Below, one piece after another: positions 15,208 through 24,608 of a stretch of 43,091 bases of DNA. Below the pieces are notes generated by a model. It searched no databases and was not told the DNA's origin. It saw only the letters and a list, made by a program, of their open reading frames with translations. The stretch covers positions 1 through 43,091 of the forward strand of contig CAZIQJ010000002.1 in NCBI GenBank assembly GCA_964541285.1. The letters are read 5' to 3'. Positions within the stretch are counted from its first letter, which is position 1. The number at the start of each line of letters is the position of its first letter. This DNA comes from an uncultured bacterium (lineage in GTDB: Bacteria > Omnitrophota > Omnitrophia > Omnitrophales > Aquincolibacteriaceae). A program made the translations under genes and the position numbers.

Positions 15208-16224
15208 TTATTTTTTAACGGCGGTGATGACGGACATGCTGCGCGGGAGTTTCCAGTCCTGATGCTTCGCCTGCGTAAAACCGGCTTCCTTCAGCCAGCC
15301 CAGCACTTCCTCCGCGCTGTAACTGCGACCGTTCTTTGTGTGAAGCAGCATGTTCAGGCTGAAAAAAGCGGCGAATTCAGGCGCTATTTTTTCCTCATCC
15401 AGAAAATTATCCTGAATGACCAGGGTTCCGCCTTCAGAAACAACGTCCGCGATTTTTTTCAGCAGAAGCCGGCATTCCTCTTCGGAAAGACCGTGAAGAA
15501 TATGAGAAAGCAGAACTGTGTCATGGACGCCGGGAATGGGGTCCTGCATGAAATTTCCGGGCTGGTAATAAACGCGTTTGCTCAGGCCCGCTTCTTCCAC
15601 AAACTGGCGGCTGACTTCCAGCACCGGAGGAAAATCATAAAGCGTGGCTTCAAGCTTCCGGCTGGCTTTCAGGCAGGCAATAGAGAAAAGGCCGGGGCCT
15701 GAACCCAGATCCAGCAGGGTCCGGCATTTTTTCAGCGGCATTTTTTTCGCGAACATGTCCGCGTAAGCCACGGTATAGTCGCGCATGGCCAGGGTAAAAC
15801 GGCGCGGACGTTCCGGATCCTGGGCCATAAAATCAGGAGGAACCAGCGACTGGCCGCTGCGCAAAGCCACATCAAGTTTTCCCCACAGGTCCCAGCTGGA
15901 TGACGTCAATTCAAAGAAATGACCGAGATAACCTTTGCGGCCCGTAACCAGAAATTCCCTGGTGGAAGGCGCGTTGCGGTACTCGGATTTTTTTTTGATC
16001 AAAAGCCCGGCCGCGGCAAGAGCATTGAGAAAAAGCTCTGTGGCGCGAGGTTCCCAGCCCAGACGCACGCTGAGCGCGCGGGCCGTGACCGGCTCAAGGG
16101 ATTTCCACTTGTCGATGAAGTCAAACAGGCGGTGGCGCACCGCGATCTGGACCACGCGGGGCTTCCAGGCGGACGCTGAAAGCATCAGAAGATTTTCACG
16201 TTCCTTCGGGGAATTTTTTTTCAC
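15208..16224 (-). CDS. Class I SAM-dependent O-methyltransferase (family-2 type with an N-terminal winged-helix dimerisation domain)
   Basis: Motifs seen: an N-terminal helix-turn-helix-like region (FDFI...VTARALSVRLGWEPRATELFLNALAAAGLL), SAM motif LLDLGSGPGLFS, and later VLLSHILHGL and GGTLVIQDNF. The start is GTG at 16224. Substrate is unknown. Confidence 0.75.
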   Translation of the reverse strand: MKKNSPKERENLLMLSASAWKPRVVQIAVRHRLFDFIDKWKSLEPVTARALSVRLGWEPRATELFLNALAAAGLLIKKKSEYRNAPSTREFLVTGRKGYLGHFFELTSSSWDLWGKLDVALRSGQSLVPPDFMAQDPERPRRFTLAMRDYTVAYADMFAKKMPLKKCRTLLDLGSGPGLFSIACLKASRKLEATLYDFPPVLEVSRQFVEEAGLSKRVYYQPGNFMQDPIPGVHDTVLLSHILHGLSEEECRLLLKKIADVVSEGGTLVIQDNFLDEEKIAPEFAAFFSLNMLLHTKNGRSYSAEEVLGWLKEAGFTQAKHQDWKLPRSMSVITAVKK

Positions 16225-16241
16225 AGGAACCGCCTCAAAAT

Positions 16242-16613
16242 TCAGGGTTTGGCGTTCTGCATGATTTTCTCGAGTTCGGTCTCGAGATAATTCAAACTGA
16301 AAGGCTTGACGATGTAATCGCTGGCGCCAAGCTTCTTGGCTTTGGCCATGCGGACTTCGTCTTTGAGGGCCGTGATCATGATGACCACGGTTGCCGGATG
16401 GGTCTTTTTGATTTTCTCAAGGGCTTCGAGACCGTCCATGCCCGGCATCATGATGTCCATCAGGACAATGTCATAGGCCTTGGCGCGGAATTTCTCAAGC
16501 GCCTCCTCACCGGTACCCGCGGTCTCAACATGGAAATCGCGCTCGGAAATAAAATCCGCCAGAAAAAGCCGGACGTCTTCCTCGTCATCCACAATCAGAA
16601 CTTTTTTACTCAT
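16242..16613 (-). CDS. Single-domain response regulator (CheY-like receiver)
   Basis: Motifs seen: KVLIVDDEEDVR, phospho-acceptor context DIVLMDIMMPGMDG, MITALKD and a conserved Lys in YIVKPF. There is no output domain. Confidence 0.85.
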   Translation of the reverse strand: MSKKVLIVDDEEDVRLFLADFISERDFHVETAGTGEEALEKFRAKAYDIVLMDIMMPGMDGLEALEKIKKTHPATVVIMITALKDEVRMAKAKKLGASDYIVKPFSLNYLETELEKIMQNAKP

Positions 16614-16619
16614 GACTTG

Positions 16620-16841
16620 CTACTTTCCCCGGAGGCCCTGGCCTTTTACCGAACGGCCTGTTGAAACCGCGCCCGAACCGGAGCTGGCTTCAGCGCCGTA
16701 CATTTCAAGGTGCCAGTCGTACTCGCGCTCACTCTGGTTGTAGACACATTTTTCACAGCGGATCATGTGGTGGCCCGAACGGCTGATTTCATCAAAGCCC
16801 TCGGAAGGATCGAAATTCTTACCGCAGAAATTGCAGAACAT
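16620..16841 (-). CDS. Small zinc-ribbon protein (73 aa)
   Basis: This lies inside track ORF 16620..16856. The ATG at 16841 has GGAGG 8 nt upstream. The product MFCNFCGKNF...IRCEKCVYNQ has two CxxC knuckles and a Gly/Ser-rich tail. An extended -10 element (TGcTATCAT, 16873..16881) lies about 30 nt upstream. Confidence 0.5.
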   Translation of the reverse strand: MFCNFCGKNFDPSEGFDEISRSGHHMIRCEKCVYNQSEREYDWHLEMYGAEASSGSGAVSTGRSVKGQGLRGK

Positions 16842-16913
16842 GCTTACTGCCTCCATTTTTAAATGTGTAATAATGATAGCACTTTTGAAACACAGAGGGA
16901 ATATTTCTTCCTC

Positions 16914-19900
16914 TCAGCGCGCGGGGGCAATGCCCAGAATATTCTCCTGAAGCCCGGCCAGACGCTTGCCTGCGGCGGCCATTTCCGCGGGGCTGAAAGG
17001 CAGGGTATGGGCCGCGTGATTCTTCAAAAAGTAAATGATCCCGCTTTTAGGCGAAATCTTCAGGATCCTGTGGACCGCAAAACCGTAAACCGCGATCTGA
17101 AGCTCGTAACCCGCCTCTTTGGCCTTGGCTGCGTCGCCTGTCGCGGTCTTGTAGTCCAGAACATGCCAGTCCTCGCCTTCCTGAAAAAGCACGTCAATCA
17201 CGCCCTCGACCCGGCCATGGCGCTGGTTGATGATAAAGGGAATTTCCCGGTAGACCCGGCGCGCCTTGCGCAGGCGTTCAAAAAGCGGGGTTTTGCAGAA
17301 ACTGCGCACAATGTCCGCGGCTTCCTGCTTTTTCTCAGGCGCCATGCCCGCGCAGGCTTCCATGACAAGCGCGTCCAGCCGCTCTTCGGGATTCTGGAAA
17401 TCCAGCAGTTCCATGACGCGGTGGACCGCGGTGCCGAAATCCGCGTAGGAATCTTCAGGCTCTTCTTCGGAAATATTTTCCGGTTCAGCTTCCCGCTCTT
17501 CAGGGTAACCAATTTCATAAATACTGCGGTACTGCGCCGGGCTTTTTTCAAAGACCGCGTAAGCTGAAACCGGAAGGTCAATGACGCGCGCGGGCGTCCT
17601 GGGTTTCTGTTCCAGGGCTTTTAAAATTTCGCCCCCCTGCTCCGCTGCTTTTTTGCGCGCGGCCGCGTCCGGAAGGATTTCTTCCGCAGGCCTGGGTTCC
17701 AGAAGGCGGAACGCTTCTTCAAAAACTTTTTTCTCGGCAATGCCGCGCGCGCGCGTCAGCAGAGGGCCGTCGGCGGGATGCATGGTCACATTCTCAAAAA
17801 ACTCCTGAGGCAGGCCGGTCAGCCAGTCCATCCAGGTCGTGGTTTTTGTGAAATCCTCCTCATCCCCGTCCGCGCCCTTGCGCACGCCCGTAAAAATCAG
17901 TTTTTCTTTGGCGCGTGTCGCGGCCACGTAAAAAAGCCTTTTCCATTCCTGCCGCTTTTTGGCCTTGAGCGTTTCATCCAGAACGATCCAGCGCGATGTT
18001 TTTTCTTTTTTCCCGGTTTTGGGATTGTAAACCTGTATGGCCGCGCCCGCGCCGGGCAGGGCCTTGAGCCAGCCGGTATCTTCCGCCCGCTGACGGCGCG
18101 CAAGGTCGGCCACAAAAACAGCGCCGAACTCCAGCCCCTTGGAGCGGTGGATCGAAAGAAGCTGGACCACGCGGCCGCTTTCCACGGCTTCAACCTGAGC
18201 TTCGGATTCACGCACCTCATGCGTTTCAAGACGGCGAAGCGTGCCCAGGAAAGCTCCAAGCGAAAGGGGTTCCACGCTTTCGAATTCACGCGCCAGGTTG
18301 AGCATTTTCTTCAGGTTGGCGTAACGGCGCACGCCCTGCGGGTCGGCCAGCACCGTCAATTCATAGGAGGTCTTTTCCATGATCAGGTCCAGCAGTTCCG
18401 GAATTTTCAGCCGGTCCTTGACGGACAAAAGCTCGCCCGCGGTTTTAAGGAAAAATCCGACTTTCTTTTTCTCCTCCTCCGTGATGCGCGCGATACTTTC
18501 AAAACGCTTCACGCCTTCAAAAAGCGGACGCCCGCCGGTTTTTTCCGGGCCTTTTGCTTCCTGCGAAAGCCAGAAAAGCGTGTCGTCCTTGACCTGGAAA
18601 AGCGGAGAGCGCAGGGCCGCGGCCAGAGGAATGTCCGCCAGCGGATTTTCAAGAAACGACAGGAAGCTGACCATGTCGCGGATTTCAGGCTGGTGATAAA
18701 AGCCCGTTCCCGCGATGGAATAATAAGGAATGCCGCGTTTCTTCAACGCCTGCTCATAAAGACCGATGTCGGTCATGACCTGGAAAAGCACGGCGATTTC
18801 ACCGTAAGCCATGCCTTCCGCATGCAGCTGCAGGATGCGCTCTGCAATGGCCGAGGCCTCGCGCATGCGCGCAAGGTCCATGGATTCGCCTTCTTTCTGC
18901 TCCACGGTCAAAAGCTCCACGCCCGGGCCGGAATCTTTTTTCACACCCGCGGTCAGGGCTTCAAAAGGCATGGCTTCTTCCTGCCAGAGATGCGCGAAAA
19001 ACCGGTTGATAAATCCCAGCACTGCGGCGGAAGTGCGGTAATTTTCAAGCAGAGGCACGCGCAGGGCCGTGCCGGATTTTTCATACTCCCTTTCCTTGTC
19101 CAGGAAAAGCGAAGGCTCGGCGCCGCGGAAAGAATAAATCGACTGTTTGAAATCACCCACGAAAAACAGGTTCCTGCCCGTGGACAAAAGTTCGACCAGC
19201 TCCAGCTGAAGCGGGTTGGTGTCCTGAAACTCGTCCACCATGACCTGCCGGAATTTTTTGCGGTAACGGTCCAGCAATTTGGCCGAAACCTTGTCCTGAC
19301 CGCGAAAAAGTTTGACCGCGCGCATCTGAAGGTCTTCAAAATCCAGAAAACCCTTTTCTTTTTTCAGGGCTTCGTAGGCTTCTTCAAAGGAAAGCGCCAG
19401 GCTTTCGAATTTTTCAGCCCAGGGCCCGGCCATATCATCCATTTTACGCGCCAGAAAGTCCGCGCAGCAGGCCTTGGCTTCTTTCCACAGGCCTTCCTCG
19501 CCTTTTTTGCCGCGCTTGCGGGAAAAACCGCTGGTCCATTCCTGGTAATCTTCCACTGTGTCCCAGGTCCAGGTTTTGTTTTTTTCAAAAGCCTGGAATT
19601 GCGCGGCAAAATCCTTTTCGCCCAGCTTTTCAAAAGCAGCCACGGGGGAAACCGCTTTCCCCTGCTCCGCGGCGCGCAGCGCAAAAAATTCCGCCAGAGT
19701 TTTGCCGTCATGGCGGGCCGCGTCAAAAACTTTCAGGATTCCGCGGCCGGTCTCGCCTTCACCATAAACGCGCAGAAGCTCAAAAATATCATTCCCCTTT
19801 TCGCAGCGTTTCTCAAAAGCCGCCTCCAGGGCCTGTTCTTTAAGAAAGTCCGATTCTTCAGACTCAATGACGCGGAAATCCGGGTCCACGCCGGCCTCAA

Positions 19901-20222
19901 AAGGATGCTCGCGTAAAAGCCGGGCGCAAAACGCGTGGATAGTGGAAATATACGCGGCTTCAAGCCCGCGGCGGTCGCGTTCACGCCCCATTTCAGCAAA
20001 TTTCTTCATGATACGGCGTTTCATTTCATTGGCCGCTTTTTCCGTGTAGGTCAGGGCCAGTATTTCCGTGACCGGTACGTTAAGGACCGTGACAAAATGC
20101 AGGAAACGTTCCACCAGCACGCTGGTTTTTCCGGTGCCAGCGCCCGCGGAAACCAGCACGTTTCTGTCCGCGGTCGTGACCGCGGTTTTCTGGCCGGGAG
20201 TCAGCTCAAAGTTTTTCTTCAT
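16914..20222 (-). CDS. addA: ATP-dependent helicase/nuclease subunit A (AddA; UvrD-like helicase plus C-terminal PD-(D/E)XK nuclease)
   Basis: Motifs seen: Walker A VSAGAGTGKTS, helicase motifs VDEFQDTN, FFVGDFKQSIYSFRGA and LSIHRSKGLEF, and the C-terminal nuclease motif GVIDVLFQEGEDWHVLDYKT. The start overlaps the addB stop (ATGA at 20219..20222). Confidence 0.85.
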   Translation of the reverse strand: MKKNFELTPGQKTAVTTADRNVLVSAGAGTGKTSVLVERFLHFVTVLNVPVTEILALTYTEKAANEMKRRIMKKFAEMGRERDRRGLEAAYISTIHAFCARLLREHPFEAGVDPDFRVIESEESDFLKEQALEAAFEKRCEKGNDIFELLRVYGEGETGRGILKVFDAARHDGKTLAEFFALRAAEQGKAVSPVAAFEKLGEKDFAAQFQAFEKNKTWTWDTVEDYQEWTSGFSRKRGKKGEEGLWKEAKACCADFLARKMDDMAGPWAEKFESLALSFEEAYEALKKEKGFLDFEDLQMRAVKLFRGQDKVSAKLLDRYRKKFRQVMVDEFQDTNPLQLELVELLSTGRNLFFVGDFKQSIYSFRGAEPSLFLDKEREYEKSGTALRVPLLENYRTSAAVLGFINRFFAHLWQEEAMPFEALTAGVKKDSGPGVELLTVEQKEGESMDLARMREASAIAERILQLHAEGMAYGEIAVLFQVMTDIGLYEQALKKRGIPYYSIAGTGFYHQPEIRDMVSFLSFLENPLADIPLAAALRSPLFQVKDDTLFWLSQEAKGPEKTGGRPLFEGVKRFESIARITEEEKKKVGFFLKTAGELLSVKDRLKIPELLDLIMEKTSYELTVLADPQGVRRYANLKKMLNLAREFESVEPLSLGAFLGTLRRLETHEVRESEAQVEAVESGRVVQLLSIHRSKGLEFGAVFVADLARRQRAEDTGWLKALPGAGAAIQVYNPKTGKKEKTSRWIVLDETLKAKKRQEWKRLFYVAATRAKEKLIFTGVRKGADGDEEDFTKTTTWMDWLTGLPQEFFENVTMHPADGPLLTRARGIAEKKVFEEAFRLLEPRPAEEILPDAAARKKAAEQGGEILKALEQKPRTPARVIDLPVSAYAVFEKSPAQYRSIYEIGYPEEREAEPENISEEEPEDSYADFGTAVHRVMELLDFQNPEERLDALVMEACAGMAPEKKQEAADIVRSFCKTPLFERLRKARRVYREIPFIINQRHGRVEGVIDVLFQEGEDWHVLDYKTATGDAAKAKEAGYELQIAVYGFAVHRILKISPKSGIIYFLKNHAAHTLPFSPAEMAAAGKRLAGLQENILGIAPAR

Positions 20223-23200
20223 GCTTTTCCCTCTTCCATTTTCTCTTTGAGTTCTTCAACGATCAAAGGCACGCGCCATTTCTGAATGCGGCAGACCGGG
20301 CCGTAGGAGCAGAAATCACATTCCTTGACGCTCCTGGGGCGCACCGGCATTTTCAGGTCCGCCATTTCAGCGGCATAGCCGCGCACAAAATCCAGGCATT
20401 TGGCCAGAAACTGCTGAAACTCTTTTTCGGGCATGATAATTTTTCTGGAAGTCAGGTCCGGAAAAAGCTGGCGGAAGTCCTCATGATAAAAACCGCTCTT
20501 GCGCCGCTCCTTGACCGCGTAAAGCTCGGCGCCCGCGGGCTTGAGCTTCAGGAAACGTTCCACGGCGGCGAGATAAAGCGGAAGCTGAAGGGAAATGCCC
20601 ATCTCAAAATCTTTTTTGTCAAACTTGGCGGCCGAGGCTGTGCGCTTGTAGTCGATAATGGCCGCGGCCGTGCCCGAAGCGTCTGTGTCCACGCGGTCAA
20701 TCTCACCCTTGATCTTCATTTTCTTCCCGTTCACGTCGATTTCAAGCGCGGGGAACCTGCTTCCCTCCTTGCCGAAAGGCAGCTCAAAATAGCGGGGCTG
20801 AAGCGGCGAGTCTTTAAGCCTTTCCAGTTCGTGGCGCAGGAACGCCTCCAGCATTTCTTTCAGCGACTCCCGTTCCAGGTCCGTCTGGTATTTCTTTTCC
20901 GTGACCAGCGGGTATCTTTTCCACGCGGCTTCAAGCTCGCGCTCCGCGTCTTTCATGGCGCGCTCAATGTCCGGATATTTCCCGTCCCATTTTTCAAAAC
21001 ATTTCTGGAGAACCAGGTGAAGGATGCTGCCTCGCCGCGTGACATTGACGTCCTCTTCCGGGTCATCAAGCTTCAGCACGCGGTGAGCGTAATATTTAAA
21101 AGGACAGCGCGCGTATTCTTCCAGCGTGGTCGGGCTGGTGTCAAAAGGCTTGAAAACATCCAGAGCCTTGATTTCCGGATGGACAAGTTCATCCGTAATT
21201 TCATAAAACGCGCGTTTGAATTTTTCCCGCGTTTCCGGCCGCTTCAAAAGCTCATTGGTCAGCCACAGCACCTGCGGCCTTTTTTCCGTGTTCTTTTCCG
21301 GCTCCCACAGCTCGCCCATCAGCGCCATTTCCAGCTCACGCGCGCTGACCGCTTCTTCCATAAAAGGATAGGGGCGTCCCAGTTCCTGGCGCCGGGGCTG
21401 GAGCTGGCCGCCGAAAACCGAGCGGATTTCATCCACATAATACGAAGGCAGGGTCTCCTTGCCTTCCAGATCCAGGCGCGGGTAAGTCAGGAAGAGTTTT
21501 TCTGAGGCCCGCGTCGCGGCCAGATAAAAAAGGTAGCGTTCCATGGACTGGCGCGGCAGTTTTTCCTTCAAAATATTTTCCGCGCGGTCGCCGTTAAAAA
21601 GCTGCCGCTCCCAGTCGGAAAAAACAGGGTCTTCTTTCAGCTGGACCGGAAATTTCTTTTCGAGCAGGCCCGCGGCAAACACCACGCGGTATTCTTTCTG
21701 GCGCGCCAGCGAAACGCTGTATACCTGCACGCGGTTGCGGTCCTTTTCGTGAAGAGGATAAAGATCCAGCTCCACCAGCCGGAAAAAACGGTCCGCGAAA
21801 ACATCAAAGGAAACCTCATCGCCTTTGGCGAAGGAAAGGCCGGTCTCATCCAGAATGGAATCCAGCCGCCGCATACCGGCCGCGTCACGGCGGACATATT
21901 CTTCCAGTGAATCCGTGCGCTGAAAAATCCCGAAAACACGGGCGGCTGAGTCCAGCAGCGCGCCTTTCAGGGCCGCGAAGGCCCTGGCGCCGCGCATGCG
22001 GTCTTCCAGCTGCGCCAGCGTTCCCAGGCGGCGCTGGCGCACTTCATCCAGGGCTTCATTCCCCCAACTCTCCAGCCAGGCTTCCCGGCCGCGAAAAACG
22101 CCTTTTTCCATGGCCTGGTGTTCAAGCGAACTGATCCATTCATATTCTTTGGCTTCCGCGCCCAGGCGCGTGACATAGGTGGATTTAAGAAATTCCATCA
22201 AATCACTGCGTTTCCAGCCGTCGCGGAAAATTTTGATCAGCCGCACCATCACGCGCATCAAAGGTGAAAACTGCAGACGCTCGCGCTCATGCAGTTCCAC
22301 GGGAATGTCATAGCGCGCGAACACAGACCGCAGCACGCCGTCATAAGGGCCGATTTCACGGAGCAGCACGGCGAAATCGCTGAAACGGTAATCGCCGGAG
22401 CGGTGCAGCTTTTCAATCTGGCGCGCGATCATCTCCGCCTCGCCTTCAATGCCAATGGCCTCAAAAATCACGGCATCCCCCGCGGGCGCGGCGGGCTTGA
22501 ATTTTTCCTCGCGGAAAAGATTGCGCTCAATCGCGCCAAGGTCCGCGGAAAGAAACCGTTTCCGGTTTTCCGCGCCAATCCTTTCGATTTTAAACCCCAT
22601 TTCCTTCAAAGCGTTGATGGAGGGTTCAAGCCCCTCGAAAAGAGAAGCCCGCGCCGGGCCTTCCTCGCAGGTCATGGTGACCGTGACATTCTCCGTCATG
22701 CCGCACAGTTCACGAAAATAAGCCAGCTGAAGCGCGGAAAAATCAAAAAAACCGTCCAGCCACATGGAGTGAAAACGGCGGTTTTTAAACAGCCCTGCCT
22801 CCTTGCGCTCCTGGAAAATGCGAAACCCGTCCTGCCTGTCGCGCACACCCTTGGCGCTCAACCCTGCTTCATAGGCCTCATAAATCCCTGCCAGGGCTTC
22901 GTACTTGGCGGCCAGGTCCGGCTCCTGTTTTTTCATGGTATTCATTTTCTCACGCCAGAATTCGCAGGAAATCATGGATTCCTTGAGTTCTGCGATGAAG
23001 GAAAGCATGTGATTGAGGAAGCCCGCGCTCTGCTGAATGTCTTTGAATACTTCCCAGTTTTTCTGCTGAAAGATGTCGCGCAAAAGCACGTAGCGGGTCA
23101 TGTTCGTGGCCACGCCTTCGTCGCCAATGCCGAAAGTCGCGGAAATCAGGCGAGAGACCGTGGTCACGCGGCGGTGAAAAAAACCATCAATGCCGCGCGC

Positions 23201-23365
23201 CATCAAAACATTGATAATGCGGCCGGTGTGTTCGGCTGACGGGACAAGGAAAAAGCAGCGGTCTGACAGCGGATCCGGGTCCGCCTTAAGGGTCTTTTCG
23301 AATTCGTCGAGGATACGGCGGGTTTTTCCGCAGCCTGCGGGGCCGATCAGGATTGTCTTTGCCAT
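20219..23365 (-). CDS. addB: ATP-dependent helicase/deoxyribonuclease subunit B (AddB)
   Basis: Motifs seen: N-terminal Walker A LIGPAGCGKT and the C-terminal nuclease motif GEIDRVD...AAIIDYKRT. Cys residues (ARCPFKYY and CDFCSYGPVC) are spaced as in the AddB iron-sulfur staple. The addB-then-addA order matches known operons. Confidence 0.8.
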   Translation of the reverse strand: MAKTILIGPAGCGKTRRILDEFEKTLKADPDPLSDRCFFLVPSAEHTGRIINVLMARGIDGFFHRRVTTVSRLISATFGIGDEGVATNMTRYVLLRDIFQQKNWEVFKDIQQSAGFLNHMLSFIAELKESMISCEFWREKMNTMKKQEPDLAAKYEALAGIYEAYEAGLSAKGVRDRQDGFRIFQERKEAGLFKNRRFHSMWLDGFFDFSALQLAYFRELCGMTENVTVTMTCEEGPARASLFEGLEPSINALKEMGFKIERIGAENRKRFLSADLGAIERNLFREEKFKPAAPAGDAVIFEAIGIEGEAEMIARQIEKLHRSGDYRFSDFAVLLREIGPYDGVLRSVFARYDIPVELHERERLQFSPLMRVMVRLIKIFRDGWKRSDLMEFLKSTYVTRLGAEAKEYEWISSLEHQAMEKGVFRGREAWLESWGNEALDEVRQRRLGTLAQLEDRMRGARAFAALKGALLDSAARVFGIFQRTDSLEEYVRRDAAGMRRLDSILDETGLSFAKGDEVSFDVFADRFFRLVELDLYPLHEKDRNRVQVYSVSLARQKEYRVVFAAGLLEKKFPVQLKEDPVFSDWERQLFNGDRAENILKEKLPRQSMERYLFYLAATRASEKLFLTYPRLDLEGKETLPSYYVDEIRSVFGGQLQPRRQELGRPYPFMEEAVSARELEMALMGELWEPEKNTEKRPQVLWLTNELLKRPETREKFKRAFYEITDELVHPEIKALDVFKPFDTSPTTLEEYARCPFKYYAHRVLKLDDPEEDVNVTRRGSILHLVLQKCFEKWDGKYPDIERAMKDAERELEAAWKRYPLVTEKKYQTDLERESLKEMLEAFLRHELERLKDSPLQPRYFELPFGKEGSRFPALEIDVNGKKMKIKGEIDRVDTDASGTAAAIIDYKRTASAAKFDKKDFEMGISLQLPLYLAAVERFLKLKPAGAELYAVKERRKSGFYHEDFRQLFPDLTSRKIIMPEKEFQQFLAKCLDFVRGYAAEMADLKMPVRPRSVKECDFCSYGPVCRIQKWRVPLIVEELKEKMEEGKA

Positions 23366-23375
23366 TTTAAACTTT

Positions 23376-23780
23376 TCAGCGGGCGGAGTAAGACGCGAAA
23401 CTGTTTTCCGTTTCCCAGAAAGTCACGCGGGAAACAGGAAGGCCCTTGCGCACGGCCTCATCAAAAATCCAGCGCGCCATGGCCTCGGCCGTAGGATTTT
23501 CCTTCATGACCACTACCGGCTCGCCTGCTTTCTGAAGCACGGCCACAAGCGGGTCGTTTTCCGCCAAAAGGGTCCTGTGGTCAAGCGTTTCGTCAATCCA
23601 CTTGCCGATACTCTCCCTGATTTTGTAAAAATCCATGACCATGCCAAGCCCGTCAAGTTTGTCAGCCGAAACTTCCACGGAAACACGGCCGTTGTGACCG
23701 TGCAGGCGCGCGCATTTACCGTTATAGTTGGTCAGCCTGTGACCGTAGCTGAAGTGAATTTCACGTCCGACAGTGTACAT
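23376..23780 (-). CDS. 6-pyruvoyl-tetrahydropterin / 6-carboxy-tetrahydropterin synthase family protein (PTPS/QueD)
   Basis: FSYGHRL ... CARLHGHNGRV supplies the zinc-binding His triad context. The 134-aa size is typical. Pairing with the pteridine-reductase-like SDR leaves the queuosine-versus-pterin role open. Confidence 0.8.
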   Translation of the reverse strand: MYTVGREIHFSYGHRLTNYNGKCARLHGHNGRVSVEVSADKLDGLGMVMDFYKIRESIGKWIDETLDHRTLLAENDPLVAVLQKAGEPVVVMKENPTAEAMARWIFDEAVRKGLPVSRVTFWETENSFASYSAR

Positions 23781-23781
23781 A

Positions 23782-24534
23782 TTATGCGATCCCCGCTCCG
23801 CCTTCGACCGGGACCACGGCCCCGGTCATGTAGTCTGTTCCTTCGATTAAAAATCGCACGGTCTCCGCGATATCTTTCGGGCTGCCGTACCGTTTCAAAA
23901 GGGTTTTTTCCGCGCGGGCTTTGGCGCTTTTTCCTTTAACGCCCGCGGGAGGAAGAATGGGGCCGGGCGCAATCCCCAGGACCTGCACATGCGGCGCCAG
24001 CGCTCTGGCCATGCCGCGCGTGGCCGCAAGCAGCCCTGCCTTTGAAATGCAGTAAGGCAGGTAATCAGCGGCCGGACGTTCCGCAGTCCAGTCCAGAAGA
24101 TTGATGATCTTCCCCGCTTTACGCTTCAGCATCTTTTCGCCAACGGCCTGACTCAGAAAAAAAGGCGCTTTTAAATTCACAGTCAGAAAATCATCCCAGT
24201 CTTTTTCCGTGACCTTGACCAGAGGCGTAGGATAAAAAACAGAAGCATTATTAATGAGAACATCAATGTGCCCGGCCTGCGCACAGATTTTTTTGACAAG
24301 AGCGCGGCAGCGGGCCTGTGAGCCTTTTGAAACCGAAAAATCCTCGCGAAACAAGAAGACTTTGGAACCCCAGGCCTCCGCCTCTTTTTTCAGGGACCTG
24401 GCCTCTCTGGCTGAGCCGCGGTAATGGATCAAAAGGTTGGCATGCTGCCTGGCAAGCCGGAGCGCGATGGCGCGGCCAATCCGGCGGGCGCCGCCCGTGA
24501 TCAAAATATTTTTGCCGTAAAGTTCCATGGGCAT
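23782..24534 (-). CDS. Short-chain dehydrogenase/reductase, pteridine-reductase/FolM-like
   Basis: Motifs seen: cofactor motif ITGGARRIGRAIALRLA, LINNAS, and catalytic Y-x3-K (YCISKAGL). The stop is 1 nt from the PTPS start. Confidence 0.7.
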   Translation of the reverse strand: MPMELYGKNILITGGARRIGRAIALRLARQHANLLIHYRGSAREARSLKKEAEAWGSKVFLFREDFSVSKGSQARCRALVKKICAQAGHIDVLINNASVFYPTPLVKVTEKDWDDFLTVNLKAPFFLSQAVGEKMLKRKAGKIINLLDWTAERPAADYLPYCISKAGLLAATRGMARALAPHVQVLGIAPGPILPPAGVKGKSAKARAEKTLLKRYGSPKDIAETVRFLIEGTDYMTGAVVPVEGGAGIA

Positions 24535-24608
24535 ATCGTATCAGAGGAGGGCTGGAATTCGTAATGAAAATTGCGCTGAAAAACGGCAGTTTTAAAAGCG
24601 GAAAAACC

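Noticed and set aside
17778-19916. A 712-aa plus-strand ORF, the longest plus-strand ORF after the MFS gene.
   Set aside because: It is entirely antisense to addA, whose helicase and nuclease motifs are unambiguous. Its product is a monotonous F/K/R/G/L-rich string with no motif and no RBS. Long antisense ORFs are expected when the sense strand has GC-biased third positions.
20483-23239. Plus-strand ORFs of 340 aa (20483..21505) and 316 aa (22289..23239).
   Set aside because: Both are antisense to addB, have low-complexity basic/hydrophobic products, and lack start context.
16914-23365. AddA/AddB considered as a candidate novel defence nuclease-helicase system.
   Set aside because: Both proteins carry the full canonical AddAB motif set, including the AddB Fe-S Cys pattern, in the standard addB-addA overlapping arrangement. 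This is the ordinary recombinational repair complex.
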